Assembly: GCA_964477765.1 (NCBI GenBank)
Contig: CAYZFV010000166.1
Span: 1 to 43,169 of the forward strand
Reading direction: 5' to 3'
Length of the DNA stretch: 43,169 bases
Origin: an uncultured Candidatus Kuenenia sp.
Lineage (GTDB): Bacteria; Planctomycetota; Planctomycetia; Pirellulales; UBA1268
Below the pieces are notes generated by a model. It saw only the letters and a list, made by a program, of their open reading frames with translations, did not search any database and was not told where the DNA came from. Numbering within the stretch: the stretch's first letter is position 1; every line of letters begins with the position of its first letter. A program made the position numbers and the translations under genes. Shown here piece by piece: positions 24,588-33,657 of the stretch.

Positions 24588-25571
24588 TTACGGATGGCGG
24601 TCGCCCGGGCCGATCTGCTTGCGCACCAGATACAGCGGCCGGCCGATCACTTCCGTGTGGATGTGGCCGATGTAGAGGGCCACGAGGCCGATGCAGCCGA
24701 GCACGATGCCGTTCATGATCACATTGCTCACGATCACAAAGGCGATCGGCGAAAACCCAAAGGTGTTGCTGGCCAGTTTGTCGTAGGTCATAAACGCGAG
24801 CAGCCCGCCAAACACCACGATCACGAAAAACCCGATGTAGCCGGCCAGCTTCAGCGGCACGAGCGAAAACGCCATGAAGCTGTTGAGGGCCAGGCGGAAG
24901 AGCCGCGAATAACTGTAGCGGGCCGTGCCGGCGTGGCGGGCCGGGGCCTCGAATTCGATCGTCGTCCGCTTGTAGCCCATCCAGTCGATCAGGCCGCGGA
25001 AAAGCCGGTTGCGTTCGGTGAATCGCTTGAGGGCCTCCACCACCTTCCGGTCGAGGAGGCGGAAGTCGGTGGTGCCCGGCTCCATCTTGAATTCGGAGAT
25101 CGAATTGAGCAGCGAGTAGAAGAGCCGCGAGCCGAGCCGTCGGGCAAAGGGCTGCTCGTCGATTTTCACCCGCCGGGTCGACACCACCTCATAGCCTTGC
25201 TGCCATTTGGCGAGCAGCTCAGGGATGTAGCGGGGCGGATGCTGGAGGTCGGCATCCATAATGATCGCGGCGTCGCACTCGAGGGCCTGGAGGCCGGCGG
25301 TGAGGGCCATCTCCTTGCCGAAGTTGCGGGAGAGTTCGATCACGCCGATCCGCGGGTCGGCAGCCGCGGCCTGCTCGAGGATGGTAGCCGTGTCGTCGGT
25401 GCTGCCGTCGTCGACAAAGAGGATCGTGAAGTCGTAGTCAGGGAGCCCCGCGAGCGTGGCGGAGAGTTCGCGCAGCAGCGGAGCGATATTGGCCGCCTCA
25501 TTAAAGGCGGGAACGAGGATGGCGATGCGGCGCTGTGGCATGAGGGTTCTCCCAGCCGTCAGTATGCTCAC
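24588..25571 (-). CDS. GT2 polyprenyl-phosphate glycosyltransferase (GtrB/ArnC/Dpm1 type), intact copy
   Basis: IAILVPAFNEAANI, FVDDGSTDDT and MDADLQHPP motifs, plus two C-terminal TM helices (LVPLKLAGYIGFFVIVVFGGLLAF; IAFVIVSNVIMNGIVLGCIGLVALYI). The start is either GTG 25571 (GTGA overlap with the flippase stop) or ATG 25541. Confidence 0.9.
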   Translation of the reverse strand: MSILTAGRTLMPQRRIAILVPAFNEAANIAPLLRELSATLAGLPDYDFTILFVDDGSTDDTATILEQAAAADPRIGVIELSRNFGKEMALTAGLQALECDAAIIMDADLQHPPRYIPELLAKWQQGYEVVSTRRVKIDEQPFARRLGSRLFYSLLNSISEFKMEPGTTDFRLLDRKVVEALKRFTERNRLFRGLIDWMGYKRTTIEFEAPARHAGTARYSYSRLFRLALNSFMAFSLVPLKLAGYIGFFVIVVFGGLLAFMTYDKLASNTFGFSPIAFVIVSNVIMNGIVLGCIGLVALYIGHIHTEVIGRPLYLVRKQIGPGDRHP

Positions 25572-26848
25572 GCCACTTCATCGGAACCAGCGGCGGATCG
25601 AAACTCGGGCACCATGAGGATTCCGCCTATGACGGCCAGCATCGTGTTGAATGTCGCGATCGTGCCGATGACGGCATGGAGCGACGGGTGCCATGCTCGC
25701 AACACCGCCAATTCCCCAGCGGCCAAGGCCGCGACCACCCAGCAGAAGAAGGTCCGGCCCTTGGCCACCAAAAACCCTTGAATCACCATCGCCAAGGCCA
25801 TGGGCACCATGGCCAGACCGTAGACAGCAAGCAGGCTGCCCGCAGCGCCATATCTTTCACCGTACAGGACACGCACGAGCCAAGGGCCGGCGACGAAGTA
25901 GACGAGTGCGGCTGCCCCGCAAAGCAGGGCAGTGGCTCCGAGCGCCTGGGCAGCGTGGCCGGTGCCGCGTTCCCGTCGGGCATGGCTGGCGGCCACGATC
26001 GGCAGGATCGCGGTCACGAGCCCGCCGGGCAGGTAGAGGACCGCTTTGCCAAGAACTGAAGCCGGAGCGTATTGGCCGGCCGTGGCCGGATCGAAGAATC
26101 GGTTGACCAGCACCAAATCCATTTGCGTCATCGTGGTCAGCCCGATGACCGATGCCATGACCGGAGCGATCAACCGGAAGGGAAAGTCCGTCGCTGCCCC
26201 AACGCCTGGAGCCACACCGGCCCATCCTCGTGAAATCGCCCCCATGCTTCCGCCGAGAACGAGCAGCGTTGATGCGAGCACCCCGCCCAGCGCGCCGTGC
26301 AGCCCCTGCCGCAGCGACGCGACAAAGAACAGGCAGATTGCGATCTTCGCCACGACCCCGCCAAAGCCGAGCCCGCCGATCCATCCAAACGCCTGCAGTC
26401 CGCGGAGCACGGCGCCCGTGAGAATCGAGAGGGTCGTGGCGAGCACGATTCCTGCGAGTAGCCAGACACTTTCGACATCGGGAGCTTGCAGCCACTGGCG
26501 TACCTGTGGCCCGGCGACCATCACCGCCACCGCGACCACTCCGCAACCGGCCCAAAGCCATGTCGTCCAAGTGCGATAGAGCCGCCGAACACTGCCGCAC
26601 CCCTCCATCGCGGCCACATTCGCCACATGCCGCGCCGCAACCGTCTCCAGCGCGGTCATGGGCGAGCAGGCCACCATGCCCATCGCGAGGATGCCGTTGA
26701 AGGCGGCGTAGTCCTCGGCGGCGAGGGTGCGGCCCATCGCAACCTGAAATACGTAGCCCGAGACACCCGTGGCCACGTTGAGCGCGGTGAGCAAAAACCC
26801 CGCCCGCAGCACCTCGCTGCTTCGCCATGCCTGAAAAACGTTAAACAT
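25568..26848 (-). CDS. MOP/Wzx-type polysaccharide (oligosaccharide) flippase
   Basis: About 12 hydrophobic segments and a typical 426-aa length from the ATG at 26848 (MFNVFQAWRSS). It sits in a polysaccharide-locus context. Confidence 0.7.
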   Translation of the reverse strand: MFNVFQAWRSSEVLRAGFLLTALNVATGVSGYVFQVAMGRTLAAEDYAAFNGILAMGMVACSPMTALETVAARHVANVAAMEGCGSVRRLYRTWTTWLWAGCGVVAVAVMVAGPQVRQWLQAPDVESVWLLAGIVLATTLSILTGAVLRGLQAFGWIGGLGFGGVVAKIAICLFFVASLRQGLHGALGGVLASTLLVLGGSMGAISRGWAGVAPGVGAATDFPFRLIAPVMASVIGLTTMTQMDLVLVNRFFDPATAGQYAPASVLGKAVLYLPGGLVTAILPIVAASHARRERGTGHAAQALGATALLCGAAALVYFVAGPWLVRVLYGERYGAAGSLLAVYGLAMVPMALAMVIQGFLVAKGRTFFCWVVAALAAGELAVLRAWHPSLHAVIGTIATFNTMLAVIGGILMVPEFRSAAGSDEVA

Positions 26849-26873
26849 GCGTGCCGGCAGCAGCCGTCTTCGG

Positions 26874-28739
26874 CTACTCCTTGTCCAGCACAAAGCAGAC
26901 GAGGTCGCCCATCGGGCTTTCGATCGGCGGTTTCGTGTAGCCAAGCTGCTTCAGGGTTTCCTCGATGCCCTTACCACCGTCGGGATACCCGTTGCGGTTC
27001 ACATAGAGCCCCGAGAAGCCAAGCTCTCGGAGTTTCTGCACGCCGGCTTCGAAGTTTCGCGGATTGAGCTGGATTCGTTGCTTTTGCTGATCCAGGGCGG
27101 CGCCCGTAAAGGCCGCCTGCTCCCAGAGCTTCTGCCAGTTTCCACCTTTTCGACCCACGTTGCCTCCCACGGAGTATCGCAGCGAGGTGCTATAAAGCGA
27201 AGGCCTGAAATGATCGGACGCCGAGACGCCGGGCACCGGTCCGGCCGTTGTGACGGGCAGCTGAAACACCATGGCGTCTTTGGGCAGCGCAGCCTCCATG
27301 TTCGCCGTAAATTCCCGGTCGGCAGCCACCTGCGCCGCGATGGTCGCTTGCTGGTCGGCCGTGGGGGCCCGCGGCACTTGATCCCAGAGGATCACGGTGC
27401 ACATTCCCAAACAGGCGGTGGCCACGAGGATCCGCGATGTCTCCGCGGGAAACCGCTCCCGCATCTTTTCTTGCCAGCCCGTCAGTCGCTCCGCCGCGTA
27501 GAGCAGCACGATCGCGAGGATCACCACGCCATAGCGACACGTTGTGCGAAACAGCGTGAATCCGGTGAACGCAGCCACAGTCGCATTCAGCCCGCCGGTC
27601 GTGGCCATGAGCACGATCCAGAGCACCTGCCAGGCCGCCATTGGAATCTGCGACTCTCGTCGCTCGGCACCTATGCGAATAGCCGCCCACACGAGCGTCA
27701 GGAGCGAAGCGATGCCAAAGAGCCCGAGATACACGCATCCTTCCTCGTCGAGCAGCACAGAGGCCTCGCGATGTTGCGAGCCGAAGCGGGCAAATTCAGA
27801 GCACCGGTGCGTGATCCACGGCACGAACATATCAACGATCTTGAAGGCGTAGATATCAAGCCATCGATAGGCGCGGTCCACAAACGGGCTCTCGGTCGGC
27901 GGGCCGTAGATCCAGCGGTAGGAAAGCGTGTCGAGGTTGCTGATGAAAAAGGCGAGCGCGACGGCGCCCACGATTGCCATGGAGGGCAGGGCCGCCGCCC
28001 ACGATCGCTTGCGAAGCGCCAGCAATCCGCCACCGAGTAGCGCGAGTTGGCAGAAAACATTGCCAAAATAAGGATTCTGCAGCCCGGTCACGAAGCCAAT
28101 CGCCATCGCCTGCCAGAAGCGTCGCGAATTGATCTCTAGCCCCGGATCTGTCGACACCCACCGCCACACGGGCAGAAACAGCGGCACATACCAGACGTAT
28201 TGGCAAGTGTTGTGGTGAGGCGATTGGGCAAACTGATACGGCGCCAAGCCGAATGCCAATGCCGTGACGAATGCCCACGCCCTCCCGCACCGATTCAGTC
28301 GAGCGACAGCATAAAAGGTAAATCCTGCAGCAATATGTCCGAAAAGAACCCCCAGATTGAAGCCCGGGAACAACCCAAAAAATCGCACCATCAGCGCAAA
28401 AAAAGCCATGATCGGCTCGTCGGCGGAAAGTGCGTCAGTCCATTGAGCTCCATATGGCGCGCCGAACTTCGCACTTGCTTTCCACATGAATGGGGGGAAA
28501 TCACCTTCGGCCACCGCGCGAACCATGGCGCTGCCGCCTAAAAAATCGCTGTAGACGGGGTCCAGATAGGTCGTCGGCAAACCCCACGCCGATGCCGTCC
28601 ACTTGCCATGCGCCGCGCACCAAGCGAGCGTAGTTGTAGCGACAAGCAAGGCGATTGGAAGCAAGGCGATCGGTGAGGCATCTCCGCGTTTCACCGAACA
28701 GGAATCTCGCCTGCCAAAAAACTTATGGAAGAGTGTCAT
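26874..28739 (-). CDS. Large polytopic membrane protein with C-terminal soluble domain; possible GT-C-type glycosyltransferase
   Basis: 621 aa with more than 10 hydrophobic helices in the first ~450 aa. The C-terminal domain ends ...GFSGLYVNRNGYPDGGKGIEETLKQLGY...MGDLVCFVLDKE. The family was not recognised. Confidence 0.45.
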   Translation of the reverse strand: MTLFHKFFGRRDSCSVKRGDASPIALLPIALLVATTTLAWCAAHGKWTASAWGLPTTYLDPVYSDFLGGSAMVRAVAEGDFPPFMWKASAKFGAPYGAQWTDALSADEPIMAFFALMVRFFGLFPGFNLGVLFGHIAAGFTFYAVARLNRCGRAWAFVTALAFGLAPYQFAQSPHHNTCQYVWYVPLFLPVWRWVSTDPGLEINSRRFWQAMAIGFVTGLQNPYFGNVFCQLALLGGGLLALRKRSWAAALPSMAIVGAVALAFFISNLDTLSYRWIYGPPTESPFVDRAYRWLDIYAFKIVDMFVPWITHRCSEFARFGSQHREASVLLDEEGCVYLGLFGIASLLTLVWAAIRIGAERRESQIPMAAWQVLWIVLMATTGGLNATVAAFTGFTLFRTTCRYGVVILAIVLLYAAERLTGWQEKMRERFPAETSRILVATACLGMCTVILWDQVPRAPTADQQATIAAQVAADREFTANMEAALPKDAMVFQLPVTTAGPVPGVSASDHFRPSLYSTSLRYSVGGNVGRKGGNWQKLWEQAAFTGAALDQQKQRIQLNPRNFEAGVQKLRELGFSGLYVNRNGYPDGGKGIEETLKQLGYTKPPIESPMGDLVCFVLDKE

Positions 28740-28868
28740 CAGACGTCGTTTGCCGGCAAGAATCGCACCAGGCCCGGAAGACGCGCTGTGTGTAAGCCGG
28801 ACTGCCTCGTCCTCCGCCTTTTCATCCAGCCCGCAAGCCTGCAGGCTTCTTGATTGTTCACAACTTCC

Positions 28869-29702
28869 TCAGCCGCTGACAGACTCTCCAAATACGATTC
28901 TGATCTCCGGCCGATCAGGATCGTTGGGCGCATCGACTGGCAACGCATACCGCATACCATCCCAGAAACGACGGTCCGGCACAAGATCACGCCGTACGAG
29001 CGTCATCTCCAAGGCCTTTGGCAAGCCCGTCGAGGTTATCGCGCTGCAATTATTTACATGCACATGGCTGACGTCGTAGTGCTGCTGCAACCCCTTCGTG
29101 AGGCTGATGAAGTCCTCGTATCGCTCATCGATATCATGAAATTCAATAATTATCCCAACAATTGCAGCAGTAAACGGCAGAAGTGCCCCTAGGATGGAAT
29201 ACTCGGCCCCTTCGACATCCATCTTCACAATCACCGGGTTACGCAGCGTCGGCATCTCCAAGACATCACGAATAGAAACCGTATTACAAGATGCTTTGAT
29301 GCCGATAAACTTTGCCTGGTGCTGTACGCGGCTGTGGCCACGGTACGCGAGATACTCCAGCGGCTTTGCCAATGCCATCATGTGCTTTCGCTTTCGAGAG
29401 ATGGGTGAGTAAAGAAAGCGCGAGACGCCCCACCACAACGCCCGTGCGAACGACGTGGAACGATCAAAGCTTCTGATTTCGATGGCTGGAAAATGCCGCG
29501 CGACGTCTTGCTCAAATCTCCAGTCGAAATCAATTCCGCAACTCACAAGCGTTTCACTCGCCTCAAAAAGGCGCCGCGGCACCACATAGCCGCCGTCATT
29601 GGGGCTGCCAAACCGTTGCTGATCCTCCAGCACCACAGGTCGAAGAGATGAGGGCAATCTTGCCGTCAACTGCTGGGGGGCGTTCTGCGACACTTCAGGC
29701 AT
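28869..29702 (-). CDS. FkbM/Methyltransf_21-like methyltransferase
   Basis: VIVKMDVEGAEYSILGAL matches the FkbM-family hallmark. A start at the ATG at 29702 (MPEVSQ) is preferred. The upstream 133 codons of the track ORF look non-coding. Confidence 0.5.
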   Translation of the reverse strand: MPEVSQNAPQQLTARLPSSLRPVVLEDQQRFGSPNDGGYVVPRRLFEASETLVSCGIDFDWRFEQDVARHFPAIEIRSFDRSTSFARALWWGVSRFLYSPISRKRKHMMALAKPLEYLAYRGHSRVQHQAKFIGIKASCNTVSIRDVLEMPTLRNPVIVKMDVEGAEYSILGALLPFTAAIVGIIIEFHDIDERYEDFISLTKGLQQHYDVSHVHVNNCSAITSTGLPKALEMTLVRRDLVPDRRFWDGMRYALPVDAPNDPDRPEIRIVFGESVSG

Positions 29703-29998
29703 CTGAACCCTCTTCGACGAACCTTTCCTCGTGTAACCAATCGACGCCACAAAACGATCCCGCCCGCTGGCCGAACCGCACGTATCTGGGTGGACAATCT
29801 GTCGCCCGAACGAAGAAACATCGCTGGCCAGGAGTTGTCGTGAACACGGAACTTCCGAGCAAAGGCGGGATGGCTCCAACGCTAGAGCGCTATCTACCTT
29901 GTGAAATATTCCCCCTCTTTCACAAATCTCCTCCGTCGATTTTACGTCGGCTGTCGTGACGCCGCAACCAGCCCGACCCTGGCAACACACCGCAGGCG

Positions 29999-30877
29999 TC
30001 ATGTGCGACGGGCCAGCCACGCCCTGACGAGCATCCAAGACAGCCAAGCATAGTACCGGAGCATGTCGTGCGGGAGTCGGCGCTTGTAGCCGGACCGCCA
30101 TTCAGACTGGTGACGGTAGTGCATCTGAACAACGCACCGCAGCTGCGAATCCGGCACCAGTGCCTTCACGCCAATGAACCGAATCACATGGTCACCCCAG
30201 CGATGCCTCCAAATTCCTCCGGCTTCGTCGATGACTCGAAAAAACCCCTGCCACGGCTCCGACTGAAACCATGCCAGATCACAAATCTCAAAATTTGTGT
30301 AGAAGGCCCCGCATGGCGTCACCTCAGAAAACGGTCGAATGGCAGACGACGACTCGGTGAAATAGGCCTCGGCACGAGCCCACAGTCCCCTGCAATACTG
30401 TGGCTTGTCTTTCACAATCACGCGATACGCGTACCGATACGCATGTGTGCTCATGACTGCAAACACATTTTCCCGAAGAGGCGAGAGGATATAGGAATCA
30501 TCGTCCATCCTCATGTAGTACCTGTATCCCTCGAGCTCGGGTCGAAGGAAAATGTCGTTGGCGAAAAAATGGCACATATGCCGGTAGCCTCTCTGCTGCT
30601 TCGACAGTCCCTTCATCGCTTCCGGCACAGCCGTAAAATCCACACACGCGAAGCGCACACCAATGCCGGACGTGCGGCCATCGAGAATTGCGGGATTCAA
30701 GTCGGCCTCATGAAACACAACCACATCGGCGGGAGACCAGGGAAGAAAGTTTTTCGCAAGGAGCGCGAGGCTTTGCTCCAATTGCCTCACGCCTTGCTCG
30801 CTGCTGCGCGTCAGGTACACGACGACGCCGTTATTAGGCCCCATTCGTCCTTTTCTTCCCTCCACCAAAAGCGGCAC
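29999..30877 (-). CDS. GT15-like (Kre2/Ktr/Mnt1-type) alpha-1,2-mannosyltransferase homolog
   Basis: Collinear matches to yeast Kre2 blocks recalled from memory. [31 protein letters not shown] aligns with [76 protein letters not shown] aligns with [45 protein letters not shown]. There is no signal peptide or TM segment. Confidence 0.7.
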   Translation of the reverse strand: [292 protein letters not shown]

Positions 30878-30902
30878 GGGCTCGGTGTGGTCCGTTAATA
30901 TC

Positions 30903-31667
30903 CTAAGGTCGTCGATGGGCCCATGGCCGTCTATTCACCGCAATGTAATTCGTCGTCGAGAAATACTCGTCCGTTTCTCTGTACTCGCGAACGCTCTCCG
31001 CCCCAAACGGAGTGATTCTCCATAAGTCGAACTGATTGTCCTTAAAGAAGTACCAGAAGTCCTGAAAATACGTCCTGGTGTCTATGTTACATCCGCCAAA
31101 CTCCCATTGCAGTACACGCACCGCATCGAGCGCATCACCGAAGCCCTTGAGCGCGCCCAATTCATTCCCTTCGATATCCAGTTTTACGATGTCACATATC
31201 CGCCCATCTAGGGCATTCCGCCAATACTCCTCAAAACGGATCGTGTTGACGGGCTCCTGCGTCACAAACCTTATGTTGCGATGATCCAGCCGTCTCTTCG
31301 TAAGGCTCGCCAAGCCCGAACCTGGCTTGTCCGAGAACAGTGAACCCGCCCCAGTTGTGTCTGAAACCGCAAGGGCGACGACCGTCGTGCCTTTGTCGCC
31401 GAGGAAGCGTCGATGAAGTTTCTCAATGTTCGTCGATGATGGCTCAAAGATATGGATTTCCACCGCGGGATAGCGGCGCCTCAGTTCCGCCGCGTAATCA
31501 CCCACGTTGCCACCAATATCAATTGCTAACTGCGCCTTGCGGCCGAGCAACTTCTGTACGAGCGCATTTTCTGGTTTGATGCTCGCAGTCCCATAACCTT
31601 TCCCTTGCACATAAGCCGCAGCTCGCTCAACGAAGTACGCCATGGAAAGAATACTGGGTACGAGCAT
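30903..31667 (-). CDS. FkbM-family methyltransferase
   Basis: AIDIGGNVGDYAAEL (SAM motif I) and IVKLDIEGNELGALKG. Confidence 0.8.
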   Translation of the reverse strand: MLVPSILSMAYFVERAAAYVQGKGYGTASIKPENALVQKLLGRKAQLAIDIGGNVGDYAAELRRRYPAVEIHIFEPSSTNIEKLHRRFLGDKGTTVVALAVSDTTGAGSLFSDKPGSGLASLTKRRLDHRNIRFVTQEPVNTIRFEEYWRNALDGRICDIVKLDIEGNELGALKGFGDALDAVRVLQWEFGGCNIDTRTYFQDFWYFFKDNQFDLWRITPFGAESVREYRETDEYFSTTNYIAVNRRPWAHRRP

Positions 31668-32024
31668 GTGTGCTTTCGCGTTAGTGCTTGCGAATTGACG
31701 GACTGCGCTGGTCGTGAGCAGTCAATACTGACTCCTCATGACAACGAAGGAAATGGGGATCGCACGGAAGGCTAACACAAAAACGGGCATACCGCCGAGT
31801 AATTGGTGTCTGGGCTCGCAACCCCCCATTCCACGCGATTCGCGGACTCTCGCGCTGTCAGGGTTTTGGCACTTTGCATTGATTCCGTCACGCGGAACAT
31901 CATACCCGAAAATTCGTTTGGTATCATATGCGATGCTGTGCTACCTGTCCAAGGTCGGCCGCCGGCGTGTGTACTGCCTCCCCTGATAGTTGCACGGCTT
32001 TGGGCGCTGTTTGACGGAGCTAAA

Positions 32025-32819
32025 ATGAGAATGAATGATGGGCCAGCAGAGTGCGCCGTGGTCGTGATGTCATCCGATCGTTACGCCGATCTCTGGCCAA
32101 CCTTCTTCGACCGGTTTCGACAGTGTTGGCCGTCATGCCCCTACCCTGTCTTTCTCGGTAGCAATACGATCCAGCACCATGGCCATGACTTCGTCACCAC
32201 TTTGCTCAGCGGACCAGATCGGGACTGGTCGTCAAGCGCCCGAAAAATCATCACACAGATTCCGCAACCCTATCTCGTGGTTCTACTGGAAGACCTTCTC
32301 ATCACCGCCGACGTCGATTCGGCGGAGGTCGTTCAGGCAATCCATTCGATGCATCGCCATGGCTCGCGCCACATCCAACTGGCGTGCCGACTGCCAGCCG
32401 ACCACATCGATGCCGAAGGCTATGGCGTGATCCACCCCGGGGCTCCCTACCGGGTGAATGTCTGCGGACTCTGGCGGAAGGACGCATTCCTCGACCTCCT
32501 CATCGATGGCGAGTCTCCCTGGAATTTCGAGATCATGGGTTCGTATCGTTCTCGCTACGTCGGTGGCTTTCTTCGTGCCCGTCGCTCACCGATCCAACTG
32601 CTGAATCTCGTTGAAAAGGGTCTTTTCTTGCCGGCAGCCGTCGCCTACTGCCGCCGCAAGGACATTGCCCTGCCGCTGGAAACCCGCGGTACGCTCGGCG
32701 TACGGCAAGGGCTCGTGAGCTGGCTGCAGCGATGCTGGTTCCACACAGTCGTTCGTGTTCCGTGGCGGCTGCGCGTTTTCATGATGAATGTGTTGCGAAA
32801 ACTGCTCGTAAGCTATTAA
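32025..32819 (+). CDS. Hypothetical protein of the glycan locus (possibly GT-A-like)
   Basis: 264 aa from the ATG at 32025. It has coding-like composition and contains LVVLLEDLLI and ESPWNFEIMGSYR blocks. The family was not recognised. Confidence 0.45.
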   Translation: MRMNDGPAECAVVVMSSDRYADLWPTFFDRFRQCWPSCPYPVFLGSNTIQHHGHDFVTTLLSGPDRDWSSSARKIITQIPQPYLVVLLEDLLITADVDSAEVVQAIHSMHRHGSRHIQLACRLPADHIDAEGYGVIHPGAPYRVNVCGLWRKDAFLDLLIDGESPWNFEIMGSYRSRYVGGFLRARRSPIQLLNLVEKGLFLPAAVAYCRRKDIALPLETRGTLGVRQGLVSWLQRCWFHTVVRVPWRLRVFMMNVLRKLLVSY

Positions 32820-32973
32820 GCAAGCAAAAAGGGCTACTGCCGCCATAAGATTTAACAAATGAATCGTGTCCGTTTTCCCCTCCACACAATAAGACAGGTC
32901 CAACCCACCGAAACATATTTTCGGCAGACGAATTACCCTTTCAAGTTTTCACTAAGACATTGGATAAGAAATC

Positions 32974-33657
32974 ATGGACGTGGCCATGCGCGGTGACGCG
33001 TTTGTAACCCATCGCTTCTTCCGACACCTGAACTCGTTTATTAAAGAAAGCGCCCGGATCTTGGACCTTGGGTCTGGCACTGCTTTTGGCTTTGAGTATT
33101 ACTGCAATTCAGTGAATCCCGCAGCAGAGTTATGGGCAGGAGATCGGCTGATTCCCAGCTACGTTCCAGATTATATAACCGCATACAGGCAGGTTGATCT
33201 TGAAACACCGATTACGATTGGCAAAGAGGAATCCTTTGATCTGGTATGCTTTTTCGAAGTCATTGAGCATCTCGACAAAACTGATGCCCTTATGAAAAAC
33301 GCGATCCGTTATTGCCGTCGTGGTGGATTCATTGCGTTTTCATTTCCAAACCTTGCTTCGCTGTTTAGCCGGATTGAGATACTCATGGGATATCAGCCAC
33401 ACATCTTGGAGGTCAGCAACGACCGCGCAAATTGTGGATCTGGTCTTTTTGGAAGGCTAAACAATCCAACTGATATACCGATTCATCATATTCGTGGCAT
33501 TACGCTTCAAGCTGGACGTGACCTTGCTAGGCATCATGGGCTGAACATACGACGAGTAATCGGAGCAAGTTCTGGCATATCTGACTACGTGTGGCGTTTT
33601 GTTCCCCATATTGCGCCAGTGGCTCTGCTTATTTGCCAAAAGCCTTTCGTTGCTTAA
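32974..33657 (+). CDS. Class I SAM-dependent methyltransferase
   Basis: ILDLGSGTAFG (motif I) and FDLVCFFEVIEHL. Confidence 0.75.
   Translation: MDVAMRGDAFVTHRFFRHLNSFIKESARILDLGSGTAFGFEYYCNSVNPAAELWAGDRLIPSYVPDYITAYRQVDLETPITIGKEESFDLVCFFEVIEHLDKTDALMKNAIRYCRRGGFIAFSFPNLASLFSRIEILMGYQPHILEVSNDRANCGSGLFGRLNNPTDIPIHHIRGITLQAGRDLARHHGLNIRRVIGASSGISDYVWRFVPHIAPVALLICQKPFVA

Noticed and set aside
28835-28848. A perfect 14-bp palindrome, AAGCCTGCAGGCTT, between the FkbM-like stop and the membrane-protein start.
   Set aside because: About 2-3 such 7+7 palindromes are expected by chance in 43 kb. It has no loop to form a hairpin and no second copy.
29703-30101. The upstream 133 codons of track ORF 28869-30101, which would make the FkbM-like protein 410 aa.
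   Set aside because: The sequence is Cys/Arg/Ala-rich with no recognisable domain and overlaps the 3' end of the GT15-like gene. The methyltransferase-like homology begins after the ATG at 29702.
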